From Candidatus Poseidoniia archaeon (GTDB taxonomy: Archaea; Thermoplasmatota; Poseidoniia; MGIII; CG-Epi1), in the NCBI GenBank assembly GCA_030748895.1, contig JASMLC010000006.1:15442-79441 (forward strand): a stretch of DNA of 64,000 nucleotides, read 5' to 3'. Of this stretch, positions 31,801 through 40,090 are shown piece after piece; the stretch's first letter is position 1; each line of letters opens with the position of its first letter. A program made the position numbers and the translations under genes. Under the pieces are notes generated by a model. It searched no databases, had not been told where the DNA came from, and saw nothing but the letters and a program-made list of their open reading frames with translations.

Positions 31801-33956
31801 ACATTCCCGTCTTCAACCCAAGCTATGTAGACGTGCGCGCCCTCCGAAAGAACAAACGGAGCAAACGACCAGTCGTCAGAGCCATGATCGGATATGATGA
31901 ATGGCGTACCCCAGTTTGATCCCCTGTCACTGGATACGGACATCAGGATGTCATAGTCAAGGAGGCTATCCTCGTCGTATAATCCATAATCTACCCAGGC
32001 GACATAGACATAGTCCCCACTAGCGGATATCGAAGGGCGATAATCTGTCTGCTCAACGCTGTTACCATTAGTATCTGCATCTCCATCAAAATGTGAGATT
32101 ACAATGGGGCTGCTCCAACTCTCACCATCATCGCTGGAATGGCGAAAAAATATATCGCCATCATCACCATGGGCATCATTACCGTTGCTATCGGATTGCT
32201 GATTAAGGTCACCTCCATCCCAGTATGCGAGGTACAACGAATCTCCTGAAGTAGCGAGCGCGGGCATCCACGAATCCGCTTCATAGTAATGTTCGGAAAT
32301 CTGATTTACGACTGACCATGAACTGCCTCCATCGCCAGAAGTGGCATAGTGGATGTCCTGCTCACTCGAGGCTCCACCGCTGCTGTCACGGTCCGACCAG
32401 ACCACAGCAATGTCCGAGCCCTCGGCAGTGACCCAAGGTGAGGCGCGGAAGTCAACCTCTACATCGTTATCAATTGTCTCGGGGTCGCTCCAGGTCGTGC
32501 CGCCATTGGAGGAGTCGCTGATAACAATCCGGTAGGGCTGGTCTGCATCCACCGTTGTACGACGCCATGTACTGTAGAACCCCCCGTCGCCATCAGCCGC
32601 GACGGAGACGAACGCAACATTGTTGTCATCGGAAGTTGAGAGGGTACTCTCAGTACCGAAACTGGTTCCCCCGTTCGAGGAAGCTCTTGCCTTGACGGAA
32701 GGCTGGGCGCCAGTCTCGGCGTTGGAATCTATCCATATCACGACCACGCGATTTCCGTCATCGACATCGATGTTGCAATCATTGACGGTACGGTCGACCG
32801 AACTCAGCTGCTGTTGCGTGCCGAAGGTAGTGCCGCGGTTACTGGATTGACGGTACTGGACTGTGTAGTATGCGTTGTCACTGTCATACTCCATCCACAC
32901 CACGTAAACATTACTGCCGCTTACAGCCACTGCAGGGTAGAGGCTGCTCTGATCGCTCGACGAAGACACGAGGGTCGGTGTGCTCCAGCTATCGCCACCA
33001 TCATCGGAGGAAACGACATAGATGTCGGGGTCTGTGCCCTGATTACTCATATTATTGTCATCGGCATAAACCACGTAGACATACCCGTCGGTAGCAGCCA
33101 TGGCAAGACCATAGGTTAGGTTACTCTCATCAAGATCAACTTTCTTGGTCTCGGACCAGCTGCTGCCGCTATTGGTAGATACACGCAAATGAATCTCATC
33201 GCCTTTCACGGTCAATAAGCCATATGATTCCCAAGCCGCGTAGAGGGTTGAGCCATCGCGTGCCAGAGTCTGGTAGTCCAGTATGGGTGAGCTACTGGTG
33301 CCGCTACTGGCGAGTACGACAGCATCATTCCAATTACTGCTGGTGTAGCTACGGAAGAGGATATTCTCGTAGTTCACATCGCTCAGGTTCCCATAATCCT
33401 GCCAGATTACGAATAGGTCATCGCCATTATTGACAACTTTCGGGGCATAACTGACAGAACCACCATTAGTATCGATTGAGGATAATCTGAAATCATCTAA
33501 CTCACCCGAACCATAGGGCAATCCGCTAATGTCGACCGTGGCGTCCGTCACGGTTGCATTGGCCGGAATAAGCATCTCAATCGTATCATCACCGGCGGAG
33601 GGGAAGCTGGCGCTGGCACTGTTGCCGCCGCTGACGAAGAGCTGCTGCCGTCCCAGTTCGCCATAGCCCTTGCCACTGTACCTCCAGGTGCTGCTGCTCA
33701 CCGCGACTTCGATGTCGCTGGCGTAATCGCCGTCGTCATCGGCGCCGCCGCTGATGGTGATTGCTGCCTCGAGCACCTCCGCCCGCGGGAAGAGCAGGCT
33801 GGTCAGCGCATCCTCCTCGCCGCTGGTGAGGTCGAGGCTGACGCTGTCGGTGTACGCGTCGTCACGGTAATACTGCGTGACGGTCTCGCCCATGGCCGGG
33901 ATGTTCAGCACCAGCAGTGCGGCGAGCAAAAGCGAAAACAGGCGTTGGGAGTACAT
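28851..33956 (-). CDS. giant cell-surface protein (about 1700 aa), paralog of 22883..28810 with the same domain order and the same C-terminal TM plus zinc-ribbon tail
   Basis: Track ORF to 34061. Probable start MYSQRLFSLLLAALLVLNIPAMG (ATG about 33956) with TTTAAAA box about 30 nt upstream. Many BNR repeats (SNGGTSFG, SSNGGTTWSD, SGDGGSSWS, SDDGESWSS, SSDRGSNWG, SADYGQNWDD, SDDNGATWSE, SKDGGVTWD, QDDGESWSD). C-terminus ...FFLLVFAMLLVGLGGIFFYFQR-(Pro/Ala-rich linker)-CPGCQTQLKIADTRRPLTVACPGCQTHLKLE. Confidence 0.8.
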   Translation of the reverse strand: MYSQRLFSLLLAALLVLNIPAMGETVTQYYRDDAYTDSVSLDLTSGEEDALTSLLFPRAEVLEAAITISGGADDDGDYASDIEVAVSSSTWRYSGKGYGELGRQQLFVSGGNSASASFPSAGDDTIEMLIPANATVTDATVDISGLPYGSGELDDFRLSSIDTNGGSVSYAPKVVNNGDDLFVIWQDYGNLSDVNYENILFRSYTSSNWNDAVVLASSGTSSSPILDYQTLARDGSTLYAAWESYGLLTVKGDEIHLRVSTNSGSSWSETKKVDLDESNLTYGLAMAATDGYVYVVYADDNNMSNQGTDPDIYVVSSDDGGDSWSTPTLVSSSSDQSSLYPAVAVSGSNVYVVWMEYDSDNAYYTVQYRQSSNRGTTFGTQQQLSSVDRTVNDCNIDVDDGNRVVVIWIDSNAETGAQPSVKARASSNGGTSFGTESTLSTSDDNNVAFVSVAADGDGGFYSTWRRTTVDADQPYRIVISDSSNGGTTWSDPETIDNDVEVDFRASPWVTAEGSDIAVVWSDRDSSGGASSEQDIHYATSGDGGSSWSVVNQISEHYYEADSWMPALATSGDSLYLAYWDGGDLNQQSDSNGNDAHGDDGDIFFRHSSDDGESWSSPIVISHFDGDADTNGNSVEQTDYRPSISASGDYVYVAWVDYGLYDEDSLLDYDILMSVSSDRGSNWGTPFIISDHGSDDWSFAPFVLSEGAHVYIAWVEDGNVDSSGNDYDIAFRHSADYGQNWDDIVVPADNGDWDDQPWMALAGGKIQLVWTNTNQYTILYSNSDDNGATWSEPQTIDTEESSTTSLSPSVSGQDDSLFVAWREYGDYDGDAVADYDVIVKHSKDGGVTWDKAFVVSDDSTAYFYYTFPALVTGNGITYVAWQDLTDGSTTEWQHFFRFTQDDGESWSDILPISEYNGDSQSSYNYMAPATAIGNRAYFAWADGRNIASAGADDSDIFLRTTLGEEYPDNPSIDMDGDGSNDWQWGGELNDDNSPVTWSDSGSPGAQKSLVDALNDALAEAETEVDQYGVEMARLELQLHSDGEGVVRLNSLSVEYDVDLVFGSATLLSRLNSLVNNADEDDETVETAISVTAGTQGRVVLKELNLRTTNAELEIDSVQLSDDPPRQGHDLTITATISNDGDGDVSAQIAFWYDEVSLSNQLGNVSSVTVPSGGNVQVSAIWQDPPAGSHELIVSIVDSVPDDSDTAGNTWRQYYEFQATSPAFDVETFRLDDTAIDGEETELLVELYNSGDRYGTVDIYVYEDDEDGFAVLSELGVQINEDETKQRSADWVADKDVEELLLLVVDHDDGTVYVREFMIPSVQTLVDFNVISVEWQDADENLITIFTDGVEAYAQIMIQNSGSFDARADIEISLTRGNNRLEDVAPNYFPNVLFPAGQSQLLTQDGNLPLFEFDASKYSGFTGQWTLEVNVKEVRPEHSTDEGLWDPEEMHFIDTSYTLNVAEPPDLSINSFTASPSTPSFGDTVTFTITVLNSGDSPASGVVNLVRSGTIIESAPFSVAGDFADTDVTIEWIVGPNIDGETPFEAELVSITPAEMEGASTEDNSASTTLDIKGKVTQPGGGSEGEGDLGNLTFFLLVFAMLLVGLGGIFFYFQRTGGDQPADEEDALGEPAPAAPPVASAPPPPPAAPAAPQPAPQAAPVAPAAAAAVTIQCPGCQTQLKIADTRRPLTVACPGCQTHLKLE

Positions 33957-34015
33957 GCGTGGCCTCGACCCCTCCTGCTCCAACGCCATTTTAAACTTCA
34001 CGCGCTGGCACGACC

Positions 34016-34738
34016 GTGACTGAGCAACTGCACATGGCCTCGTTCGAGGGCACCTACACACGCCAGTTCTCGGCGACGGTCGAGGCGGTCCACCCGGGAA
34101 TCGTCGAGCTGGACCGCACGGCGTTCTACCCGTTCGGCGGCGGGCAGCCGGCCGATACAGGCCGGCTCGAATGGGAGGGCGGCACAGCGAGCGTCGAGGA
34201 CGTACGCAAGCGCAACCGCCTGCGGCACATGGTTGCGGGCGACCTGCCGGAGGTCGGCACGACGGTCGAGGGCGCCCTCAACTGGGAGCGGCGCTACGCG
34301 CACATGAAGATGCACTCCTCACAGCACCTCGTCTCGGCGGTCGTCGACCAGCTCCACGGTGCGCGCACCGTCGGCAACCAGCTTTACGCCGACAAAGCGC
34401 GCATCGATTTCCAGCCGCTGCGGCTCTCCCCCGCGCAGCTATCCGAGGTCGAGGCCGAAGCGAACCGCTACCTTGCGAGGGACTTGCCGGTCACCATCAC
34501 CGAGGGCGAGCGCAGCGAGCTGGAGCAGGACCCGCTGGTGCGCTCGAACCTCGCGCTGCTCCCGCCATCAATCAAACGCCTGCGCGTCATAAGCATCGGC
34601 AACCTGGATACCTGTCCCTGCGCCGGCACGCATGTCCGCTCCCTCGGGGAAATCGGCGAAATCGAGTTCACGAAGCGCGATAACAAAGGCAGCGGCAAGC
34701 AGCGGCTGACGTATGCGCTGCGCGACCCCACCCCTTAA
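34016..34738 (+). CDS. alaX: alanyl-tRNA editing protein AlaX (AlaX-M type, Ser-tRNA(Ala) deacylase)
   Basis: 240 aa; FYPFGGGQP.D.G motif, zinc-binding HSSQHL and CAGTHV motifs of the AlaRS editing domain. GTG start at 34016 in the track; ATG alternative at 34034. Confidence 0.75.
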   Translation: MTEQLHMASFEGTYTRQFSATVEAVHPGIVELDRTAFYPFGGGQPADTGRLEWEGGTASVEDVRKRNRLRHMVAGDLPEVGTTVEGALNWERRYAHMKMHSSQHLVSAVVDQLHGARTVGNQLYADKARIDFQPLRLSPAQLSEVEAEANRYLARDLPVTITEGERSELEQDPLVRSNLALLPPSIKRLRVISIGNLDTCPCAGTHVRSLGEIGEIEFTKRDNKGSGKQRLTYALRDPTP

Positions 34739-34765
34739 AACCGGCTCGAGGTCGCGCCGCCACCA

Positions 34766-36094
34766 ATGGTTCTCGACAGCCTCGGCTCCGCCCTTCGCGC
34801 TACGATGCGCAAGATAGCGGGCGCGAGCCATATCTCGCCGGAGCTGGTGAAAGAGCTGGTCCGCGACATCCAGCGGGCGCTGCTGCAGGCGGACGTCAAC
34901 GTCAAGCTGGCGCTGGAACTGAGCAAGCGCATCGAAAGCCGCGCGCTGGAGGAGAAAGCGCCGGCGGGGATGACCGCGCGCGAGCACGTCGTGCGCATTG
35001 TGCACAGCGAGATGGTCGGCGCGCTGGGGGTACCGCGCGAGCTGAAGCCGGGAGCGCAGAAAATCATGCTCGTCGGGCTTTACGGGCAGGGCAAGACGAC
35101 CACCGCCGGGAAGCTGGCGAAATGGTTCCAGCGCAAAGGACTCTCCGTCGGCCTTACGGGGGCGGATGTGCACCGGCCGGCGGCGTTCGAGCAGCTTTCG
35201 CAGCTGGCGGCGCAGCTGAACGTGCCGGTGGCTGGCGGCAGCAGCGACGCGGTCGCGGCCGCCAGTGCCGGGCTCGAGGCGCATTCCGAGCTGGAAGTGC
35301 AGATTTACGATACCGCCGGACGGCACGCGCTCGATGGCGACCTGATTGCCGAGATGAAGGCGGTTGCCAAGGTTATCAAGCCGGACGAAATCCTGCTGGT
35401 GCTCGACGCCACCGTCGGCCAGCAGGCGGGGCCGCAGGCGGCGGCGTTCCACGAAGCGGTCGGCGTTACCGGCGTGGTGCTGACCAAGCTGGACAGCTCC
35501 GCGAAGGGCGGCGGCGCGCTCTCGGCCGTGGCCGCGACCGACGCGCCGGTGATGTTCGTCGGGACTGGCGAGATGCTCGATGCGCTGGAGCGGCTCGAGC
35601 CGGACAGGTTCATCTCGCGGCTGCTCGGGATGGGCGACCTGCAATCACTGCTCGAGCGCGCCGAGGAAGTCATGGACGCCGACAAGGCCGAAGAGACGGC
35701 AAAGCGGCTGCTCTCGGGCAAGTTCAGCCTGGTCGAGATGCGAGAGCAGATGGAGGCGCTGGCGCAGATGGGGCCATTGGGCAAGGTGATGGAGATGATT
35801 CCCGGCATGTCGGCGATGATGAAGGGTAACCAGGCCGACGTAACGCAAAAAAAGCTGGAGCGATTCAAGGTGTTGATGAACTCGATGACGCAGCAGGAAA
35901 TGGAAAATCCGAAGCTCATCAAACGTTCCCGGCTCCAGCGTATCGCCGCCGGTGCGGGCGCCGATGTGCAGGAAGTGCGCGAGCTGCTCGCCTACTACAA
36001 CAAGAGCCGAAAGATGATGTCGTCGCTCGGCGGCAACCGTCGCATGCAGAAGCAGCTGATGCGGCAGATGGAGCGCGGCGAGCTGAATCTCTGA
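34766..36094 (+). CDS. srp54: signal recognition particle protein SRP54
   Basis: 442 aa; N domain, G domain (GLYGQGKTTTAGKLA, DTAGR, TKLD) and Met-rich M domain (MIPGMSAMMKG). Confidence 0.9.
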   Translation: MVLDSLGSALRATMRKIAGASHISPELVKELVRDIQRALLQADVNVKLALELSKRIESRALEEKAPAGMTAREHVVRIVHSEMVGALGVPRELKPGAQKIMLVGLYGQGKTTTAGKLAKWFQRKGLSVGLTGADVHRPAAFEQLSQLAAQLNVPVAGGSSDAVAAASAGLEAHSELEVQIYDTAGRHALDGDLIAEMKAVAKVIKPDEILLVLDATVGQQAGPQAAAFHEAVGVTGVVLTKLDSSAKGGGALSAVAATDAPVMFVGTGEMLDALERLEPDRFISRLLGMGDLQSLLERAEEVMDADKAEETAKRLLSGKFSLVEMREQMEALAQMGPLGKVMEMIPGMSAMMKGNQADVTQKKLERFKVLMNSMTQQEMENPKLIKRSRLQRIAAGAGADVQEVRELLAYYNKSRKMMSSLGGNRRMQKQLMRQMERGELNL

Positions 36095-36133
36095 AGGCAA
36101 ACAGCCTTTTACCGCGCCGAACCTCGCCTGCTG

Positions 36134-36496
36134 ATGGTCCTTGGACTGCAGCACCTCGGCGAGCTGACCGAACTGCTCGAGCGCATGAACGAAACAATGC
36201 GTTCGCTCGACGGCCGGCTCGAGTCGTTTGACGCGACTGCGGGCAGCCTCGACGAGCATCTCGTCGGGCTTTCGGCCTCGATGGAATCCATCGTCGGCTC
36301 GTTCGAGTCGGTGGCGCGCTCGCTCGAGAAGCTGGCTGCAACGCTCAGTTACCTCGACACCCCGCTGAAGCTGGCGACTACTCCGCTGCGGCCGGTGCAG
36401 TCAGTGCTGGATGTCGTCGTCAACGAGATCACCTCCGTCCGCGACCTCTACCAGCAGGTTGTCGAAGAGGCGCGCAAGACGCTGGCAGAGGATTAA
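36134..36496 (+). CDS. hypothetical coiled-coil protein (120 aa)
   Basis: ORF with heptad-like Leu/Glu pattern between srp54 and downstream small ORF. No family recognised. Confidence 0.4.
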   Translation: MVLGLQHLGELTELLERMNETMRSLDGRLESFDATAGSLDEHLVGLSASMESIVGSFESVARSLEKLAATLSYLDTPLKLATTPLRPVQSVLDVVVNEITSVRDLYQQVVEEARKTLAED

Positions 36497-36527
36497 AGCA
36501 CAAATACCCCCTCCCGGTCGCGGGAAG

Positions 36528-36878
36528 ATGCGTAGCTACGAGGTGAAACGCGGGCACGGCAAGACGCTCGAAAAAGGCGGCCTGCGGAAGAGGCTGGCTG
36601 AGGTTTTCGACGGCGTCAGCGACAAGGGCGACTGGCATGTCGCCTCATACGGCGCGCTGCAGCAGGTAACGGTAAGGATGGTCAGCAAGTCCGAGATTGA
36701 GCTGGATTCGCAGCTCGACACTACCGCCTCGCTCGAAGTGGCGACCGACACCCACCAGCGCTTCAACAAGTTTCTCGAGACTGTGACCGGTTTCAGCGCC
36801 AAACAGCGCAAGGACCGCGCCAAGGCCAAGGCGAAAGCCGAGGCGAAGGCGGCCGCCGCGCAGGAAAGCGGCGATTGA
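36528..36878 (+). CDS. hypothetical protein (116 aa, Lys/Ala-rich C-terminus)
   Basis: Track ORF 36411..36878. N-terminal part overlaps the previous ORF in another frame, so the ATG at about 36528 (MRSYEVKRGHGKTLEKGG...) is the likely start. Confidence 0.4.
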   Translation: MRSYEVKRGHGKTLEKGGLRKRLAEVFDGVSDKGDWHVASYGALQQVTVRMVSKSEIELDSQLDTTASLEVATDTHQRFNKFLETVTGFSAKQRKDRAKAKAKAEAKAAAAQESGD

Positions 36879-37384
36879 GCCCGCTGGCTCTTACAGGAAC
36901 CCCGGGAACCGGTAAGACCACGCTGGCGCGACTGCTCAACCACCCGCGGCTGGAGCTCTCCGACTACTACGAAACGTCCAGCGACGGCCGCGACGACGGT
37001 GGTGAATGGCTGGTTGACCTTGAGCAAATGGCGACCGCGGTCGCGCGCGACACAAAACCGGAGGCGGTCATCGAGGGGCACCTGTCGCACCGGTTGGGGC
37101 TGTGCGAGACCGCTGTCGTCCTGCGCTGCCACCCCGACGAGCTGCGGCAGCGGCTCGCCGCCCGCGGCTACGCGGAGGCGAAGCTGCGCGAGAACCTCGA
37201 GGCGGAGGCGCTGGGCATCATCACCGCCGAGGCGCTGGAAACGGGAGCGGAGGTGCATGAGCTCGACACCACTGGGCAACCACTGGCCGCCAGCGCGGCG
37301 GCGCTGGCGGCCATCATGGCGGGCGCGAAGAGTTATCAGCCGGGGCGAATTGACTTCAGCGAAGCCATACTGGGATGGTACTGA
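36875..37384 (+). CDS. putative adenylate kinase / nucleoside-triphosphatase, Fap7 (AK6)-like
   Basis: 169 aa; P-loop LALTGTPGTGKTTLARLL at the N-terminus, a size and organisation typical of archaeal Fap7-like kinases. ATGA overlaps on both sides. Confidence 0.6.
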   Translation: MSPLALTGTPGTGKTTLARLLNHPRLELSDYYETSSDGRDDGGEWLVDLEQMATAVARDTKPEAVIEGHLSHRLGLCETAVVLRCHPDELRQRLAARGYAEAKLRENLEAEALGIITAEALETGAEVHELDTTGQPLAASAAALAAIMAGAKSYQPGRIDFSEAILGWY

Positions 37385-37990
37385 ATGGTCGCCGACAACT
37401 TCCGCGAAATTGGCACGCGCCTGCTGACACCGCTGGCGCGCAGCTTCCCGCTCGACCCGATGGGCATCAGCCTGCTCTCACTCGCGACCGCTATCGGCGC
37501 CGGCTACTGCTTCTCGCAGGCGAACGCCGGTGAGGTATGGCTGCTCTACGCGGCGGGACTGGTGTTCCTCACCGCCCTCCTGGACGCGCTCGATGGTATC
37601 GTCGCCCGCATCCGCAACCTCGCCTCGAAGCGGGGCGACCTCGTCGACCACACGCTTGACCGCGTCGCCGACGTAATCATCCTCGGCGGCATCGCGCTGG
37701 GGCCGCTGGTCAATGAACGCGCCGGATTTGCAGCCCTTCTCGGCGTGCTGCTGCTCTCCTACATGGGGACGCAGGCGCAGGCCGTGGGAGCCGGCCGCGT
37801 CTACAGCGGGCTGCTGGGCCGCGCCGACCGGCTGGTGCTGCTGATGACGGTACCGGTCATCCAGTTCTTTTTCGACGTGCCGATTGAGGGCGAATATCTG
37901 ATTACATGGATGGCGTACACCTTCGCGGTCGTCTGCTCCGGGTCGGCGCTGCTACGCTTCTGGTTGGTCTGGAAATTTCTGGAAAAATAG
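37385..37990 (+). CDS. CDP-alcohol phosphatidyltransferase family protein (archaetidyl-inositol-phosphate/serine synthase-like)
   Basis: 201 aa membrane protein with DALDGIVAR...G...D...D (D-x2-DG-x2-AR...G-x3-D-x3-D) signature. Confidence 0.75.
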   Translation: MVADNFREIGTRLLTPLARSFPLDPMGISLLSLATAIGAGYCFSQANAGEVWLLYAAGLVFLTALLDALDGIVARIRNLASKRGDLVDHTLDRVADVIILGGIALGPLVNERAGFAALLGVLLLSYMGTQAQAVGAGRVYSGLLGRADRLVLLMTVPVIQFFFDVPIEGEYLITWMAYTFAVVCSGSALLRFWLVWKFLEK

Positions 37991-38135
37991 GAACTATATG
38001 GGTTTTATTAACAGACGTATGAGTCTGGCAATGGTGGCCTTGAAGGACATCACTAGTGACGAGAAGGAAATTGAAAGGATTCAGTCCTACTTTGTAGATG
38101 ATGACGAAGAAGAAAATATCGCAGGAGACAAATAA

Positions 38136-38840
38136 ATGATAAAAGAAAAGACAGTGGGTGAGATGGTTGTTAATGATGGACGTGTAGCAACAGTTTTCAA
38201 TAAATTTGGATTGGATTTTTGTTGCAATGGTCACCAGACTCTTGAAGCAGCTTGTGCGTCAAAAGGCATCAATCTCCAAGAGATTGTAGATGATATCGAG
38301 CTGTTAATGAAAAACGATAGCAATCCTGATAGATCATTTAACGATATGTCTTTGGACAAGCTAATTGAACATATTTATGACAAACATCACCAATATATTT
38401 ACAAAAATTGTCCAGCAATCTCTAAATTCATCAACAAGGTAGCAAATGTTCATGGCAAAAATCATCCAGAGACTGTTGAAATTGCAAAAATGTTTGATGA
38501 ATTACAATTAGAACTTGAACAACATTTGTTCAAAGAAGAACATATTCTGTTTCCATATGTAAAAGGTATGGTTTTGGAAGATAAATGCCCGGGTTCTTTT
38601 GTAAATGGCCCTATATCTGTAATGATGGAAGAACATGATAATGCTGGAAGAATTCTTGAGGTATTAAGAAGGATAAGTAATAACTACAAGCCACCAAAAG
38701 ACGCTTGTAATACATTCAGGGCAGCATATGTCAATTTACAAGCCCTAGAAGAAGATCTTCACATGCATATTCACTTGGAAAATAACATTCTTTTTCCTAA
38801 AGCAATAGAACTAGAAAATAGCTTATTGGAAAACGTCTGA
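38136..38840 (+). CDS. iron-sulfur cluster repair di-iron protein (RIC/ScdA/YtfE family)
   Basis: 234 aa; N-terminal ScdA_N-like VGEMVVNDGRVATVFNKFGLDFCCNG; hemerythrin-like His/Glu pattern (HH..., EEH, HMHIHLENNILFP). Located in the AT-rich island. Confidence 0.7.
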   Translation: MIKEKTVGEMVVNDGRVATVFNKFGLDFCCNGHQTLEAACASKGINLQEIVDDIELLMKNDSNPDRSFNDMSLDKLIEHIYDKHHQYIYKNCPAISKFINKVANVHGKNHPETVEIAKMFDELQLELEQHLFKEEHILFPYVKGMVLEDKCPGSFVNGPISVMMEEHDNAGRILEVLRRISNNYKPPKDACNTFRAAYVNLQALEEDLHMHIHLENNILFPKAIELENSLLENV

Positions 38841-38864
38841 AAGCGAAATCCTGTGGAAGAATCA

Positions 38865-39191
38865 CTATATGTGGGAGTCTGAGGGGCTTGGATCTGCCCT
38901 GCATATCTTGGTTGGAGACTCCAGAAAGCGATTGATGGCAATCTCGGCTATATTGGAACCATATTCACCTATCCAGGCGATATTCCAGCCAATCGACCGG
39001 ATACTGGAGGCAAGGGTAGGATGAAAATCGGCTGTCAGCTTGAATAATATAGAAGTAAAGGCCGCTTCCTCTTCCTTCAGGATACCGCGGCGGATGATCG
39101 CTTCATTGGCAAGTCCTATGTCACGGTTGATAAGTGAGGAGAGTGCCATCTCCAGAGACTCCATGACTGTGTGCCCCATTTCGATTCCCAT
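38865..39191 (-). CDS. PhoU-domain protein (single PhoU repeat); start uncertain
   Basis: Track ORF 38865..39311. The C-terminal 90 aa match the PhoU motif (..DIGLANEAIIRRGILKEEEA...NIAWIGEYGSNIAEIAI, like dLERIGDhavNIAE). The S/T-rich N-terminal 40 aa are probably not translated. An overlapping plus-strand ORF exists (see rejected). Confidence 0.4.
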   Translation of the reverse strand: MGIEMGHTVMESLEMALSSLINRDIGLANEAIIRRGILKEEEAAFTSILFKLTADFHPTLASSIRSIGWNIAWIGEYGSNIAEIAINRFLESPTKICRADPSPSDSHI

Positions 39192-39401
39192 TGAAGAAGA
39201 ATATACCGTTGATTTTTTTGCAGATAAAGCGGGTGAATTCACATACCGTAGTACTGGGCTGTGCAAAGTCGAGATTGCTGGAGGCAATGAAGTAATCGTA
39301 GACTGCTCCATATTTTGTGGTGAGATAGGTAATGCACGTACGGGAACAATTGTGATTGAGTCAAATCCTTCTGGTTAGTCCTATTCAGTCAAAGATTCAG
39401 G

Positions 39402-39422
39402 AGCCGGATGAGGAAGCCTGAG
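39402..39422. repeat. 21-bp direct repeat AGCCGGATGAGGAAGCCTGAG (copy 1)
   Basis: Recurs with one mismatch at 40068..40088, bracketing the SnoaL-like gene. Confidence 0.6.
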
Positions 39423-39511
39423 CCATAAGGTGCTGTTATAGGATCTATAGTAGACCCCTCCCCTCATTTCTTTCGCAGTATAGTTTTTATAGATGTATAG
39501 TATAGAAAGTC

Positions 39512-39913
39512 ATGAGCAAAGCCGAAGTTAATGCTGCAAATTTAGAATTCTACGCCGCCTTAAATAAAATATTATCTGGCCAACTTGCCCCGATGGAGGC
39601 CGTTTGGTCTCATGCTGACGATATCACTTATATGGGGCCTGCAGCCGGGGACTACAAGGTGGGCTGGGAGGCGGTACGAAAAGACTGGGAAGGACAGCTG
39701 GGTTTGCGGGGCACCGTGGAACCGGTGGAGGTGCAGATCACGTCTGGCCCCCTCATTGCGACGGTCAGCAATATCGAGAGTATAAGAATGGAAATCCAAG
39801 GAGAGCTTAAAGACATAAGTATCCGCGCTACAAATATTTTCCGCAAGGAGGATGGACATTGGAAAATGATTGGCCATCATGTGGATCCTCTCCCATCTTT
39901 TCCTTCGCAGTAA
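39512..39913 (+). CDS. SnoaL-like / NTF2-like (ketosteroid-isomerase fold) protein
   Basis: 133 aa; NTF2-like pattern. TTTTATAG box about 27 nt upstream of the ATG (leaderless). Flanked by 21-bp direct repeats. Confidence 0.55.
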   Translation: MSKAEVNAANLEFYAALNKILSGQLAPMEAVWSHADDITYMGPAAGDYKVGWEAVRKDWEGQLGLRGTVEPVEVQITSGPLIATVSNIESIRMEIQGELKDISIRATNIFRKEDGHWKMIGHHVDPLPSFPSQ

Positions 39914-40067
39914 AAGCAATACCTCTGGCAGGATTTATTGTGGGGCAATATATCTCTCCAAAGAAGAGGAACATTACAAACACGTAGATAAGAATTGTCT
40001 AATCTTTTCTGCACTGAATATTGTTCTCGGTTTCATAATGATAGCTGCAATATTAGGAAGTCTGTGA

Positions 40068-40088
40068 AGCCGGATGAGGAAGCCTTAG
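40068..40088. repeat. 21-bp direct repeat AGCCGGATGAGGAAGCCTTAG (copy 2); also forms an imperfect palindrome with downstream TCCGGCTT
   Basis: See copy 1. 666 bp apart. Confidence 0.6.
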
Positions 40089-40090
40089 AA

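Noticed and set aside
38008-38136. 43-aa acidic micro-ORF (MGFINRRMSLAMVALKDITSDEKEIERIQSYFVDDDEEENIAGDK) just upstream of the RIC gene
   Set aside because: No promoter element or conservation evidence. It is below the size where composition alone is informative. Mentioned only because it lies in the AT-rich island boundary.
39040-39378. Plus-strand 112-aa ORF whose C-terminus (GEFTYRSTGLCKVEIAGGNEVIVDCSIFCGEIG) faintly resembles a cupredoxin/CuA (C-x-E-x-C-G) loop
   Set aside because: It lacks the His and Met copper ligands and has a low-complexity N-terminus. It overlaps the minus-strand ORF carrying a recognisable PhoU motif. Kept only as an alternative if the PhoU call fails.
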